The translations under genes were made by a program, and so were the position numbers. Under the pieces are notes generated by a model that was not told the DNA's origin, searched no databases, and saw only the letters and a list, made by a program, of their open reading frames with translations. Shown in pieces: positions 30,904-38,134 of a stretch of 64,000 nt of DNA (the first letter of the stretch is position 1; each line of letters opens with the position of its first letter). This DNA is from Candidatus Saccharimonadales bacterium. GTDB taxonomy: Bacteria > Patescibacteriota > Saccharimonadia > Saccharimonadales > UBA4665. The stretch spans positions 2,449 to 66,448 of the forward strand of contig DATIIP010000033.1 of NCBI GenBank assembly GCA_035479475.1. The letters are read 5' to 3'.

Positions 30904-31395
30904 ATGGGAGCATTGTATAAGATTAAACAACACCTGCAGTGGTCACTCAGCACTATAGCAGCGAGCATCGCTTTAGCACTGGGCCTAGTGGCGGCGCCGC
31001 TCATGTCCGGCACTGCACTGGCCGACAGCTGCAAACATGATGTGTTTAACGCCGACTCAACTGATTGGTACCCTGGTACCTTTACGTTTGAAATCCTTGA
31101 CTACGGTCCGGCAACGGGAGTGTGGTCAAAGAGCAAACCGGCCGGTTATGACACGGCGTGTCACGACCTGAACGTCAGCAATTTTGCATACAACAATTCT
31201 AATAACAATGGCTTTTGCGCTGGATCATATTGGAACGGCTCGTACTGGATTTTCTCTAATGCTTTGTGGGGCGTTAATCACAACGACCCAGACCTTGTCA
31301 GCGTCTATTCATTTTTCCCAGACGGGGGACAATATCGGATATTCTGCTACAACTCTCTTCCCGGTCACACGCCACATATAGACGTCTGGTCGTAG
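30904..31395 (+). CDS. Small secreted protein (cleavable signal peptide)
   Basis: 'AASIALALGLVAAPLMSGTALA|DS' signal. GGGGGA SD upstream. Followed by a terminator. Confidence 0.6.
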   Translation: MGALYKIKQHLQWSLSTIAASIALALGLVAAPLMSGTALADSCKHDVFNADSTDWYPGTFTFEILDYGPATGVWSKSKPAGYDTACHDLNVSNFAYNNSNNNGFCAGSYWNGSYWIFSNALWGVNHNDPDLVSVYSFFPDGGQYRIFCYNSLPGHTPHIDVWS

Positions 31396-31417
31396 ACAGC
31401 TTCAATACTTCTCTCGT

Positions 31418-31457
31418 CAGGCGGTTCGTGGGGCTACCGGCGAACCGCCTGTTTGGT
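31418..31457 (+). terminator. Rho-independent terminator
   Basis: 'CAGGCGGTTCG ...12 nt... CGAACCGCCTG TTTGGT'. Confidence 0.75.
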
Positions 31458-31564
31458 ATTATCGCTCCGGCAGACAGAGCAATATGCTAGCTGGCATGCC
31501 TAATGATCGTTCCAAGCGAAAATCAGGATCCTAAAGACAATCGCTCGTATAGTATCCTAAACAT

Positions 31565-32170
31565 ATGCGTTTCACGCGAATTTCACTACGCCAGGCAAAC
31601 AACGTCCTGTTTGGGCTAATTGTAGCTATCAATCTTTATATTATTGCCGCGCCGTTGGTACCACAGCTTACCTATTGGTGGCAGGCCCACCACACCGGTC
31701 GGCGCGCCGAGCTCACGCAGATTATTCATAGAACTACGGTTGCTCAATCCCAAGTCGTTCGCCCCAATAGCCTCATCATTCCTGCCATGCTGCTCAATCA
31801 GCCCACACTCGAAGGCCCCGAAAGCAACTGGTTCAACCTCCTCAAACAAGGTGTTTGGCGCTGGCCGGCTAGCAGCACGCCCGACAAAGGCGGCAACACC
31901 GTCTTTCTGGCCCACCGTTTTTCCTACACCGGCCCGCACGGCGCCTTTTACTACCTAAATAAGCTCAAGATTGGCGATGAAATCGGCGTCATCTGGAACA
32001 ACAAAACCTACATCTACAGAGTTGTCAGCAGCACCGAGGTACCACCCACCGATACCGACATCGAAAACAATACGCCAGCTGCACAAATCACCCTGTTCAC
32101 CTGCACGCCACTCTGGCATCCGGTGAACCGGCTAGTAGTCGTAGCCAAATTGGAGACAAATCATGAGTGA
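31565..32170 (+). CDS. Sortase (class E-like)
   Basis: N-terminal TM, 'VFLAHR' (His), 'ITLFTCTP' (TLxTC Cys), 'RLVVVA' (Arg). Confidence 0.88.
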   Translation: MRFTRISLRQANNVLFGLIVAINLYIIAAPLVPQLTYWWQAHHTGRRAELTQIIHRTTVAQSQVVRPNSLIIPAMLLNQPTLEGPESNWFNLLKQGVWRWPASSTPDKGGNTVFLAHRFSYTGPHGAFYYLNKLKIGDEIGVIWNNKTYIYRVVSSTEVPPTDTDIENNTPAAQITLFTCTPLWHPVNRLVVVAKLETNHE

Positions 32171-32267
32171 GAAAACCAAGTTTTGGATACTGCTGGGACT
32201 GCTCGCCGCTAGCATTATCCTGCTAGTTTACCTCAACTACAGCAACGGTAAGCTGTTTATTGGCTAG
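32163..32267 (+). CDS. Possible 34-aa single-TM peptide overlapping the sortase stop (ATGAGTGA)
   Basis: 'MSEKTKFWILLGLLAASIILLVYLNYSNGKLFIG'. Below the track size cut-off; hand translated. Confidence 0.3.
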   Translation: MSEKTKFWILLGLLAASIILLVYLNYSNGKLFIG

Positions 32268-32493
32268 CGCTGCCCTGGTTATCATCGCGCTCAGACCTTT
32301 TGCTCGGTCGCCTCATAATCCGCACCACCATCGCCACCAGCAAAATAAGTGCCGCTGTGCCCACAATCAACCCAATGGCTATACCGGTGTTGCTCAAGCC
32401 ACCAGAACTCACGTTCGTTCCGTTGTAATTGCCGGTGTCGTACGGGTTTCTTCCGTAGCCCGAGGCCAAAAGTGCGTAGTAAAGGGTTGTCAT
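32257..32493 (-). CDS. Small protein ending in an LSNTG + TM + basic-tail cell-wall sorting signal
   Basis: 'GGLSNTG IAIGLIVGTAALILLVAMVV RIMRRPSKR'. Convergent with the sortase gene. Confidence 0.55.
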   Translation of the reverse strand: MTTLYYALLASGYGRNPYDTGNYNGTNVSSGGLSNTGIAIGLIVGTAALILLVAMVVRIMRRPSKRSERDDNQGSASQ

Positions 32494-32509
32494 TTTTATT
32501 TCGACTTGG

Positions 32510-32538
32510 TTGACGTATCCCGCTTATGATACCATAGT
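32510..32538 (+). promoter_or_regulatory. Sigma-70-type promoter for tatA
   Basis: TTGACG - 17 nt - CATAGT, about 36 nt upstream of the tatA ATG (SD GAGGG). Confidence 0.5.
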
Positions 32539-32574
32539 GGAGGCTAGTAGTAATAAGAAACGAGGGTTATCGAG

Positions 32575-32778
32575 ATGGTATCACAATTTGCATTCCTGGA
32601 TCTTTCGACTCCAGATTTGCTCATCATCTTGGCTATCGTACTGCTCCTGTTCGGCGCCAAGAAGCTGCCTGAACTGGCACGCGGTCTAGGTAGCTCAGCA
32701 CGTGAACTGCGCAAGGGTTTGAGTGGAGATGAAGCAAAGAGCAAAGAAGAAGCCAGCGCAAAGACTAGCGAAAGCTAA
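32575..32778 (+). CDS. tatA: Twin-arginine translocase subunit TatA/E
   Basis: '[34 protein letters not shown]'. Confidence 0.88.
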   Translation: MVSQFAFLDLSTPDLLIILAIVLLLFGAKKLPELARGLGSSARELRKGLSGDEAKSKEEASAKTSES

Positions 32779-33775
32779 GTCCGAGCACGACAAGCTTCCA
32801 TTAATCGAACATCTACATGAGTTACGGCGGCGACTATTTTATGTCGCCGCTTCTGTTGCGGTGGGAAGCGCGATTGCCTATGGGTTAGAGCAAAAACTCA
32901 TAGCAGTTTTGTTGCGGCCCAGCCACGGCCAAAAGTTTATCTACACCTCGCCGCTTGGCGGCATGAACTTTCTCTTTAGCGTCTGTTTAGACTTGGGCCT
33001 CGTCGTTTCAACACCGATTATTATCTATCAAATCCTGGCCTTTATGCAGCCGCTGATGCGCGACACCACGCGCAAGTTTCTATTGCTTGCATCAGGCGCC
33101 ACTGGCCTAGTGGCTATCGGCGGAGTGATTTTTGGCTATTTTGTGGGCCTGCCCAGCGCCCTGCACTTTCTACTGCACCAGTTTACTAGCGTGCAGATCC
33201 GGCCGCTCATCACCATTCAGTCGTACATGCAGTTTGTGGCGCTCTATTTGTTCGGCTCCGCTTTGATGTTCCAGCTGCCGCTGATTTTGCTGTTTATAAA
33301 CCGTATCAAGCCGCTCAAGCCCAGCAAGCTGTTTAAGTACGAGCGTCACCTGATTGCCGGTTCGTTCATCATTGCCTTCATCATGAATCCCACGCCGAAT
33401 ATCATCGGCCAGCTAACCGTGGTCGTGCCCATGATCCTGACCTACCAGTTTGGCATTCTGCTCGTATGGCTCGTCAACCGCACCCACCAGCCCAACTGGC
33501 TCGAGCAGCTCCGTCGGGCCGATGCCGAGCGCCAGGCCGAGCGGGCAGCCCGACAGCTCATTCCCCTTGCCCCCGCTGTCTTAACACCAGAGTATGCAGT
33601 GGCCGATGATGCCGAGACCGCACAACCACCACTTGAGCCAGACACCACCCAGGCCGCCGCCCCTGCTGCCCTCCCTATTTCCCTCACCACACTTCCACCT
33701 CGCACCCACGGCGCACGCGCCGGCAATCCCACTCGCCGTAGCTACGTACCGCTCCGCGGCCAACTTATCCAATAA
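32723..33775 (+). CDS. tatC: Twin-arginine translocase subunit TatC with a Pro/Ala-rich C-terminal tail
   Basis: '[15 protein letters not shown]' and six TM helices. The only in-frame starts (GTG 32723, ATG 32729) lie inside tatA, giving a 50-56 nt overlap. Confidence 0.85.
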   Translation: MEMKQRAKKKPAQRLAKAKSEHDKLPLIEHLHELRRRLFYVAASVAVGSAIAYGLEQKLIAVLLRPSHGQKFIYTSPLGGMNFLFSVCLDLGLVVSTPIIIYQILAFMQPLMRDTTRKFLLLASGATGLVAIGGVIFGYFVGLPSALHFLLHQFTSVQIRPLITIQSYMQFVALYLFGSALMFQLPLILLFINRIKPLKPSKLFKYERHLIAGSFIIAFIMNPTPNIIGQLTVVVPMILTYQFGILLVWLVNRTHQPNWLEQLRRADAERQAERAARQLIPLAPAVLTPEYAVADDAETAQPPLEPDTTQAAAPAALPISLTTLPPRTHGARAGNPTRRSYVPLRGQLIQ

Positions 33776-33884
33776 CCCAGCTCGGCTCATCACTATTGAC
33801 AGACGTGCATGAGCGCATTACAATCGCGCATAGAACGATCCAAACCAAAAATCGTACAAAATAAAAAACAAAAAGGAAATCAAC

Positions 33885-34082
33885 ATGACACAGCATCTCT
33901 CCGAGCTGATGGAGAAAGAAGTCTCCCGAAAAGAGTTTTTGGGCATGGCCGGCTTGGCCGCCGCCTCGATCTTCGGATTCGGCACCGTTGTAAAGCTCCT
34001 CACCGGCAAGTCTTTGGGGACCAGTCACGCCGTCAGCCACGGCTATGGTGCCCTGCCCTACGGCGGTTATAGGGAGCAATAA
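33885..34082 (+). CDS. 65-aa protein with a Tat-like (RK-variant) signal motif
   Basis: 'SRKEFLGMAGLAAASIFGFG' against the S/T-R-R-x-F-L-K consensus. AAGGA SD upstream. Lies directly after tatC. Confidence 0.5.
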   Translation: MTQHLSELMEKEVSRKEFLGMAGLAAASIFGFGTVVKLLTGKSLGTSHAVSHGYGALPYGGYREQ

Positions 34083-34126
34083 CCTATGTTCGGCCAAAAC
34101 TCCTGCCCCTAGTTTGAATTTAGATT

Positions 34127-34162
34127 AAAAATAACCTTGGATTTACTCCAAGGTTATTTTTT
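34127..34162. terminator. Bidirectional terminator between the small Tat-motif gene and groEL
   Basis: 'AAAAATAACCTTGG atttact CCAAGGTTATTTTT'. Confidence 0.8.
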
Positions 34163-34258
34163 ACATTTCCCGCAGCCCCAGGAAGGAGCAGCCCGACAAA
34201 ATGCATTCCATTTTGCCGGCGCGATGAGGAAACCTATCCCGGTTCCCTCATTACTGTC

Positions 34259-35905
34259 TTACATCATTCCCATGCCACCCATGTCAGGTGCCCCGCCCGC
34301 CGCAGCCTTCGGCTCCGGTACATCCACCACCAGCGCACCCATGGTCATACTGGTTCCGGCAATGCTGACTGCATTTTGTACCGCCTGCTTGGTCACAGCC
34401 ACTGGGTCCACGATGCCCGCAGTCTTCATGTCAACCAGCTTGCTGGCATCGTTCACATTCACACCCTGCCCGGCCTTGGCCTTCTTAACCTGAGGTAGCC
34501 ACTCGTCAGCATTTAGACCAGAGTTGTCGAGCAAAATGCGAAACGGTTGCTCCAGCGCCTTCACCAGCACCGTGCGGCCAGCACTCACCGAGTCATCATC
34601 ATCGTCGGTGGAAACAGCCGTAGCCAAGTTCACCAACGTCACACCACCACCAGGCACCACACCCTCAGCCAGAGCCGCTTTCACGGCAGCAACGGCATCA
34701 TCTACCCGATATTTTTTCTCTTCGATTTCGGTCTCAGTGGCGCCACCAACCTTGATCACGGCGACTTTACCTTCCAGTGCCGCGCGGCGCTTTTCCAAGT
34801 TCTCTTTGTCGTACTCGCTGGTCGCCGCCTGCGTTTGCGTCACAATCTGCCGCACGCGAGCAGTTACTTCGGTAGCCGCACCGGCACCCTCGATGATCGT
34901 CGTCTCATCCTTGGTCACGATCACCTTACGGGCCGTACCTACCACTTCTAGGCCAACGTTCTCGAACGTCATGCCACGGTCTTCGGTGATCACCTCGGCG
35001 CCCGTCAAAATGGCGATGTCGTTCAAAATGTCCTTGCGGCGGTCACCAAAACTCGGTGCCTTCACGGCCACGGTGTTAAACACACCCTTCAGCCGGTTCA
35101 GAATCAAGGTCCCCAGCGCCTCACCTTCCACATCCTCGGCAATCAGCACTAGATCCTTTTTCCCAGCTTGCGCCAGCTTCTCCAGAATGGGCAGAAACTC
35201 CTGGACCGAAGAAATCTTCTTATCAGTGATCACAATGGCTGGCTTGTCGTAGACCGCTTCCATCCGCGACGTATCGGTCACCATATATGGGCTGGCAAAG
35301 CCGCGGTCGAAGGTAAAGCCTTCCACCACTTCGCTTTCTAGTGTCAAGCCCTTGCCCTCTTCCACCGTCACGACGCCTTCGCGGCCGACTTTTTCGATCA
35401 CATTAGCAATCAAGTCGCCAATCGCCCCGTCGCCAGCACTGATCGTGGCTACTTCGGCCACCCGCTTCTTGTCGCCCTGAATGTCTTCAGCTAGAGCATC
35501 GAGTTGTGCTTCCACTTCGGCTGCCGCCGCCTCAAGCCCCTTGCGCAGCGCCATCGGGTTGTGACCGGCCGCAATCAGCTTGTTGGCTTCGTTCAGGATG
35601 TGGTACGTCAGTACCGTTACCGTGGTGGTGCCATCACCAGCCACATCGTTCATCTTGTTAGCAGCCTGCTTGATGAGCTCCGCGCCCACCTTGTAGCCCA
35701 AGGTTTCGTCGTCCACATCGGCGATCTCCACGCCCTTGGCCACCGTCACGCCATCATGCGTCACGCTCGGGCCACCATAGCTCTTGCCGATCACCACATT
35801 GCGGCCCTTCGGCCCCATGGTGGTTTTTACCGCTTTGTATAAAATCTCTGCTCCGCCCAAGACCCGGCGGCGCGCATCGTCATCATAAAAAACTTTCTTC
35901 GCCAT
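34259..35905 (-). CDS. groL: Chaperonin GroEL
   Basis: 'AKKVFYDDDARRRVL...TMGPKGRNVVI', 'AVKAPSFGDRRK', C-terminal 'GGMGMM'. Confidence 0.97.
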   Translation of the reverse strand: MAKKVFYDDDARRRVLGGAEILYKAVKTTMGPKGRNVVIGKSYGGPSVTHDGVTVAKGVEIADVDDETLGYKVGAELIKQAANKMNDVAGDGTTTVTVLTYHILNEANKLIAAGHNPMALRKGLEAAAAEVEAQLDALAEDIQGDKKRVAEVATISAGDGAIGDLIANVIEKVGREGVVTVEEGKGLTLESEVVEGFTFDRGFASPYMVTDTSRMEAVYDKPAIVITDKKISSVQEFLPILEKLAQAGKKDLVLIAEDVEGEALGTLILNRLKGVFNTVAVKAPSFGDRRKDILNDIAILTGAEVITEDRGMTFENVGLEVVGTARKVIVTKDETTIIEGAGAATEVTARVRQIVTQTQAATSEYDKENLEKRRAALEGKVAVIKVGGATETEIEEKKYRVDDAVAAVKAALAEGVVPGGGVTLVNLATAVSTDDDDDSVSAGRTVLVKALEQPFRILLDNSGLNADEWLPQVKKAKAGQGVNVNDASKLVDMKTAGIVDPVAVTKQAVQNAVSIAGTSMTMGALVVDVPEPKAAAGGAPDMGGMGMM

Positions 35906-36045
35906 TATTTCTTGCTCCCTTTCTCACTTGCCAATAATTTCTCAATTCGTTGCAAAGTTTCGGCAGTTCTTGCGGTGTTAATCTCAATCCGAAACGCCCA
36001 CACCAACGCCACAATAAACCCTAAAACCCCAAATAAACTACCCAT
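35905..36045 (-). CDS. 46-aa single-TM ORF that exactly fills the groES-groEL spacer
   Basis: Hand translation: 'MGSLFGVLGFIVALVWAFRIEINTARTAETLQRIEKLLASEKGSKK'. ATG is 1 nt after the groES TAA. Its TAA overlaps the groEL ATG (TAATG). Confidence 0.4.
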   Translation of the reverse strand: MGSLFGVLGFIVALVWAFRIEINTARTAETLQRIEKLLASEKGSKK

Positions 36046-36046
36046 C

Positions 36047-36313
36047 TTAGGCCACCGTCGCCAAGACGTCCTCTTCCTTAACCAGCAAGTATTCCGTGGC
36101 GTCCACCTTGACCTCAGTTTGTGAGTAGCTCTTGTAGATGATCTTGTCGCCCACCTTCAGCCCACGCACTTCTTTACCCACAGCTACCACCTTGGCAACT
36201 TTAGGCTTTTCCTGCGCACCGCCCGGCAAATACAAGCCACTGGCCGTCTTAGTAGCCACTTCCTCAGTTTGCGCCACCACGTAATCGCCCAGGGGCGTGA
36301 TCGGTACACTCAT
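36047..36313 (-). CDS. groS: Co-chaperonin GroES
   Basis: 'ITPLGDYVVAQ...SGLYLPG...KVAKVVAVG...KVGDKIIY'. ATG at 36313 preceded by GGAGGAG. Confidence 0.95.
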   Translation of the reverse strand: MSVPITPLGDYVVAQTEEVATKTASGLYLPGGAQEKPKVAKVVAVGKEVRGLKVGDKIIYKSYSQTEVKVDATEYLLVKEEDVLATVA

Positions 36314-36343
36314 GCTTTTCTCCTCCATTAATCTAGTCAAGCA

Positions 36344-36370
36344 TTAGCATTCTCGGGCAGAGACTGCCAA
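36344..36370 (-). promoter_or_regulatory. Second, degenerate CIRCE-like inverted repeat
   Basis: 'TTAGCATTC-N9-GACTGCCAA' against the consensus TTAGCACTC-N9-GAGTGCTAA (15 of 18 positions). Confidence 0.5.
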
Positions 36371-36374
36371 CGCA

Positions 36375-36401
36375 TCAGCACTCACTATAGCCGAGTGCTA
36401 A
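36375..36401 (-). promoter_or_regulatory. CIRCE operator (HrcA binding site)
   Basis: 'TCAGCACTC-ACTATAGCC-GAGTGCTAA' (17 of 18 positions match the consensus). Confidence 0.88.
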
Positions 36402-36412
36402 CTCTCCGTCAA
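36384..36412 (-). promoter_or_regulatory. groES promoter overlapping CIRCE
   Basis: Minus strand: TTGACG (36412-36407) - 17 nt - TATAGT (36389-36384). The -10 box sits in the CIRCE spacer. Confidence 0.65.
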
Positions 36413-36421
36413 CACCCCCGA

Positions 36422-37717
36422 TTACTTTACACGTTCTCGCAGTACCTGCCGCGCCACTTCCCGCTCGTCCCACGGCAGTTTCTCACCGCCCATCGCCCGA
36501 TAATCTTGGTGCCCAATCCCAGCCAACAGCACCGTATCGCCCGGCCGCGCCGCCTGAAACGCCGCGCGAATCGCCTCCAGCCGGTCCGCAATCACCTGCG
36601 TCTTACCTTCTCCACCCCCGTTCACGATCCCCTGATACACCGCCTCGCGAATCGCCAGCGGATCTTCGGTATACGTTTCGTCGTCGGTCAAATACACCAC
36701 ATCGCTCAAACGCGCCGCCACCTCGCCCATCGGCTCGCGCTTGCTCTTGTCGCGGTCTCCCGTCGCCCCAAACACCACGGCCAATTTCCCACGCGTTGAT
36801 CCTTGTAGGGCTCGCAGCACGTTTTCCAGCGCATCCGGCGTGTGCGCATAATCCACAATCACCGCAAACTTCTGCCCCTCGTCCACCGGCTCCATCCGCC
36901 CAGCCACGCCCTGCAGAGCCGCAATCCCCTGCTCAATCTGCTTCTTACTCAGCCCCACGGCCCGCCCCACACAGACCGCCGCCAAGCTGTTATACACGTT
37001 AAAACTCCCTGGCAACTTGCTGGTGATGTGATACGTCTCGTCCGGCGCGACCGCGTCGTAGCGAATGCCAGCCGCGTCCATCTCCACCTTATGCGCCCGA
37101 ACCTCGCCCGCCTCCTGCCCATACAAAATAGAATTTTGTGTCACCGAGGCAAAGCTCGCCCCGTTCTGGTCGTCGGCATTGGCAATCCCCATTTGCAGGC
37201 CCCGCGTGTTAGCCTGCGCCAGCGCAAACAACCGCTGCTTGGCCGCCACATACCGCTCAAACGTCTTGTGATAATCCAAATGCTCATGGGTAATGTTCGT
37301 CAGCACCGCCACGCTATACGGCACACCCCACGTCCGGTACTGCGCCAGCGCATGGCTGGTCGTCTCCAGCACCAGCCACCCCACGCCAGCCCTGCGCATC
37401 TGTGCCAGCCGCTTCATCAGCAGTGGCACCGGCACATTCGTCATATGCTGCGTTTGGCTGTGGATGTCGCCGCCGATCCCCCACGCAACAGTGGTCATCA
37501 GCCCAGCCTTGTAGCCTGCCTCATGCAGCATCCGGTGAATCATAAAACAGGTCGTGGTTTTGCCGTTGGTACCCGTCACCCCCACCACCTTCATCCCCCG
37601 TGCCGGAAACCAGTACACGCAGTTATATAGCACCGCTTCCAGCAGATGCCCATACGGTGCCACCGCCGTAAACAACCGCCGGGGCACCACCGCCTTCACT
37701 ATAGATCGCACACTCAT
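36422..37717 (-). CDS. murE: Mur ligase, MurE-type (UDP-MurNAc-L-Ala-D-Glu : diamino acid ligase), short N-terminus
   Basis: 'VVGVTGTNGKTTT', 'VDYAHTPDALENVL', 'VFGATGDRDKSKR', 'LTDDETYTEDP' (at the position of the DNPR motif). Confidence 0.8.
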   Translation of the reverse strand: MSVRSIVKAVVPRRLFTAVAPYGHLLEAVLYNCVYWFPARGMKVVGVTGTNGKTTTCFMIHRMLHEAGYKAGLMTTVAWGIGGDIHSQTQHMTNVPVPLLMKRLAQMRRAGVGWLVLETTSHALAQYRTWGVPYSVAVLTNITHEHLDYHKTFERYVAAKQRLFALAQANTRGLQMGIANADDQNGASFASVTQNSILYGQEAGEVRAHKVEMDAAGIRYDAVAPDETYHITSKLPGSFNVYNSLAAVCVGRAVGLSKKQIEQGIAALQGVAGRMEPVDEGQKFAVIVDYAHTPDALENVLRALQGSTRGKLAVVFGATGDRDKSKREPMGEVAARLSDVVYLTDDETYTEDPLAIREAVYQGIVNGGGEGKTQVIADRLEAIRAAFQAARPGDTVLLAGIGHQDYRAMGGEKLPWDEREVARQVLRERVK

Positions 37718-37749
37718 ACCCTCCAGTATACCCGCGCACCTTACCCCGC

Positions 37750-37785
37750 CAAAACAAAACCGACCACCTTACTTGGTGGCCGGTT
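37750..37785 (-). terminator. Rho-independent terminator upstream of murE
   Basis: Minus strand: 'AACCGGCCACC aagtaa GGTGGTCGGTT TTGTTTT'. Confidence 0.75.
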
Positions 37786-37803
37786 CCTAAGCTGCGAGTA
37801 TAG

Positions 37804-38073
37804 CTACTTCATGTCGTCAGTGAGCTTATCAAGCTCTTCCTGGCACATTTGAGCGTAGTTTGGGTAGACGCGGTTGAGCGTATCTACTCCTTCTTGTTCG
37901 CCCCGAGCCGAAGCGGCTTCAACCTCTTTCATTTGCTCGGGGGTCAACTCTTGTGAGAGCCGCAGGCCGATCCTCCCTTGCAGTGTCTTGAACATTTCCT
38001 GTAGTATCTGCTGCTGCTCAGCCTCGGGCAGCTGATCGATACCCAGTTCTTTGATGTATCTGCTAAAATCCAT
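37804..38073 (-). CDS. Small acidic helical hypothetical protein
   Basis: 89-aa ORF, terminator downstream; family not recognised with confidence. Confidence 0.6.
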   Translation of the reverse strand: MDFSRYIKELGIDQLPEAEQQQILQEMFKTLQGRIGLRLSQELTPEQMKEVEAASARGEQEGVDTLNRVYPNYAQMCQEELDKLTDDMK

Positions 38074-38134
38074 TGTCTTCTTCTCTTTCTGTTTTATTTA
38101 CGTTTTAATTATCTACCTAGAGTATACCCTAAGC

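Noticed and set aside
34524-35252. 242-aa and 134-aa + strand ORFs inside groEL
   Set aside because: They are antisense to groEL. The Ser/Thr/Ala-rich translations are typical of shadow ORFs.
36842-37630. 262-aa + strand ORF (plus 36395-36799 and others) opposite the Mur ligase gene
   Set aside because: It is antisense to a gene with clear Mur ligase motifs. The translation is a low-complexity Pro/Arg/His-rich sequence.
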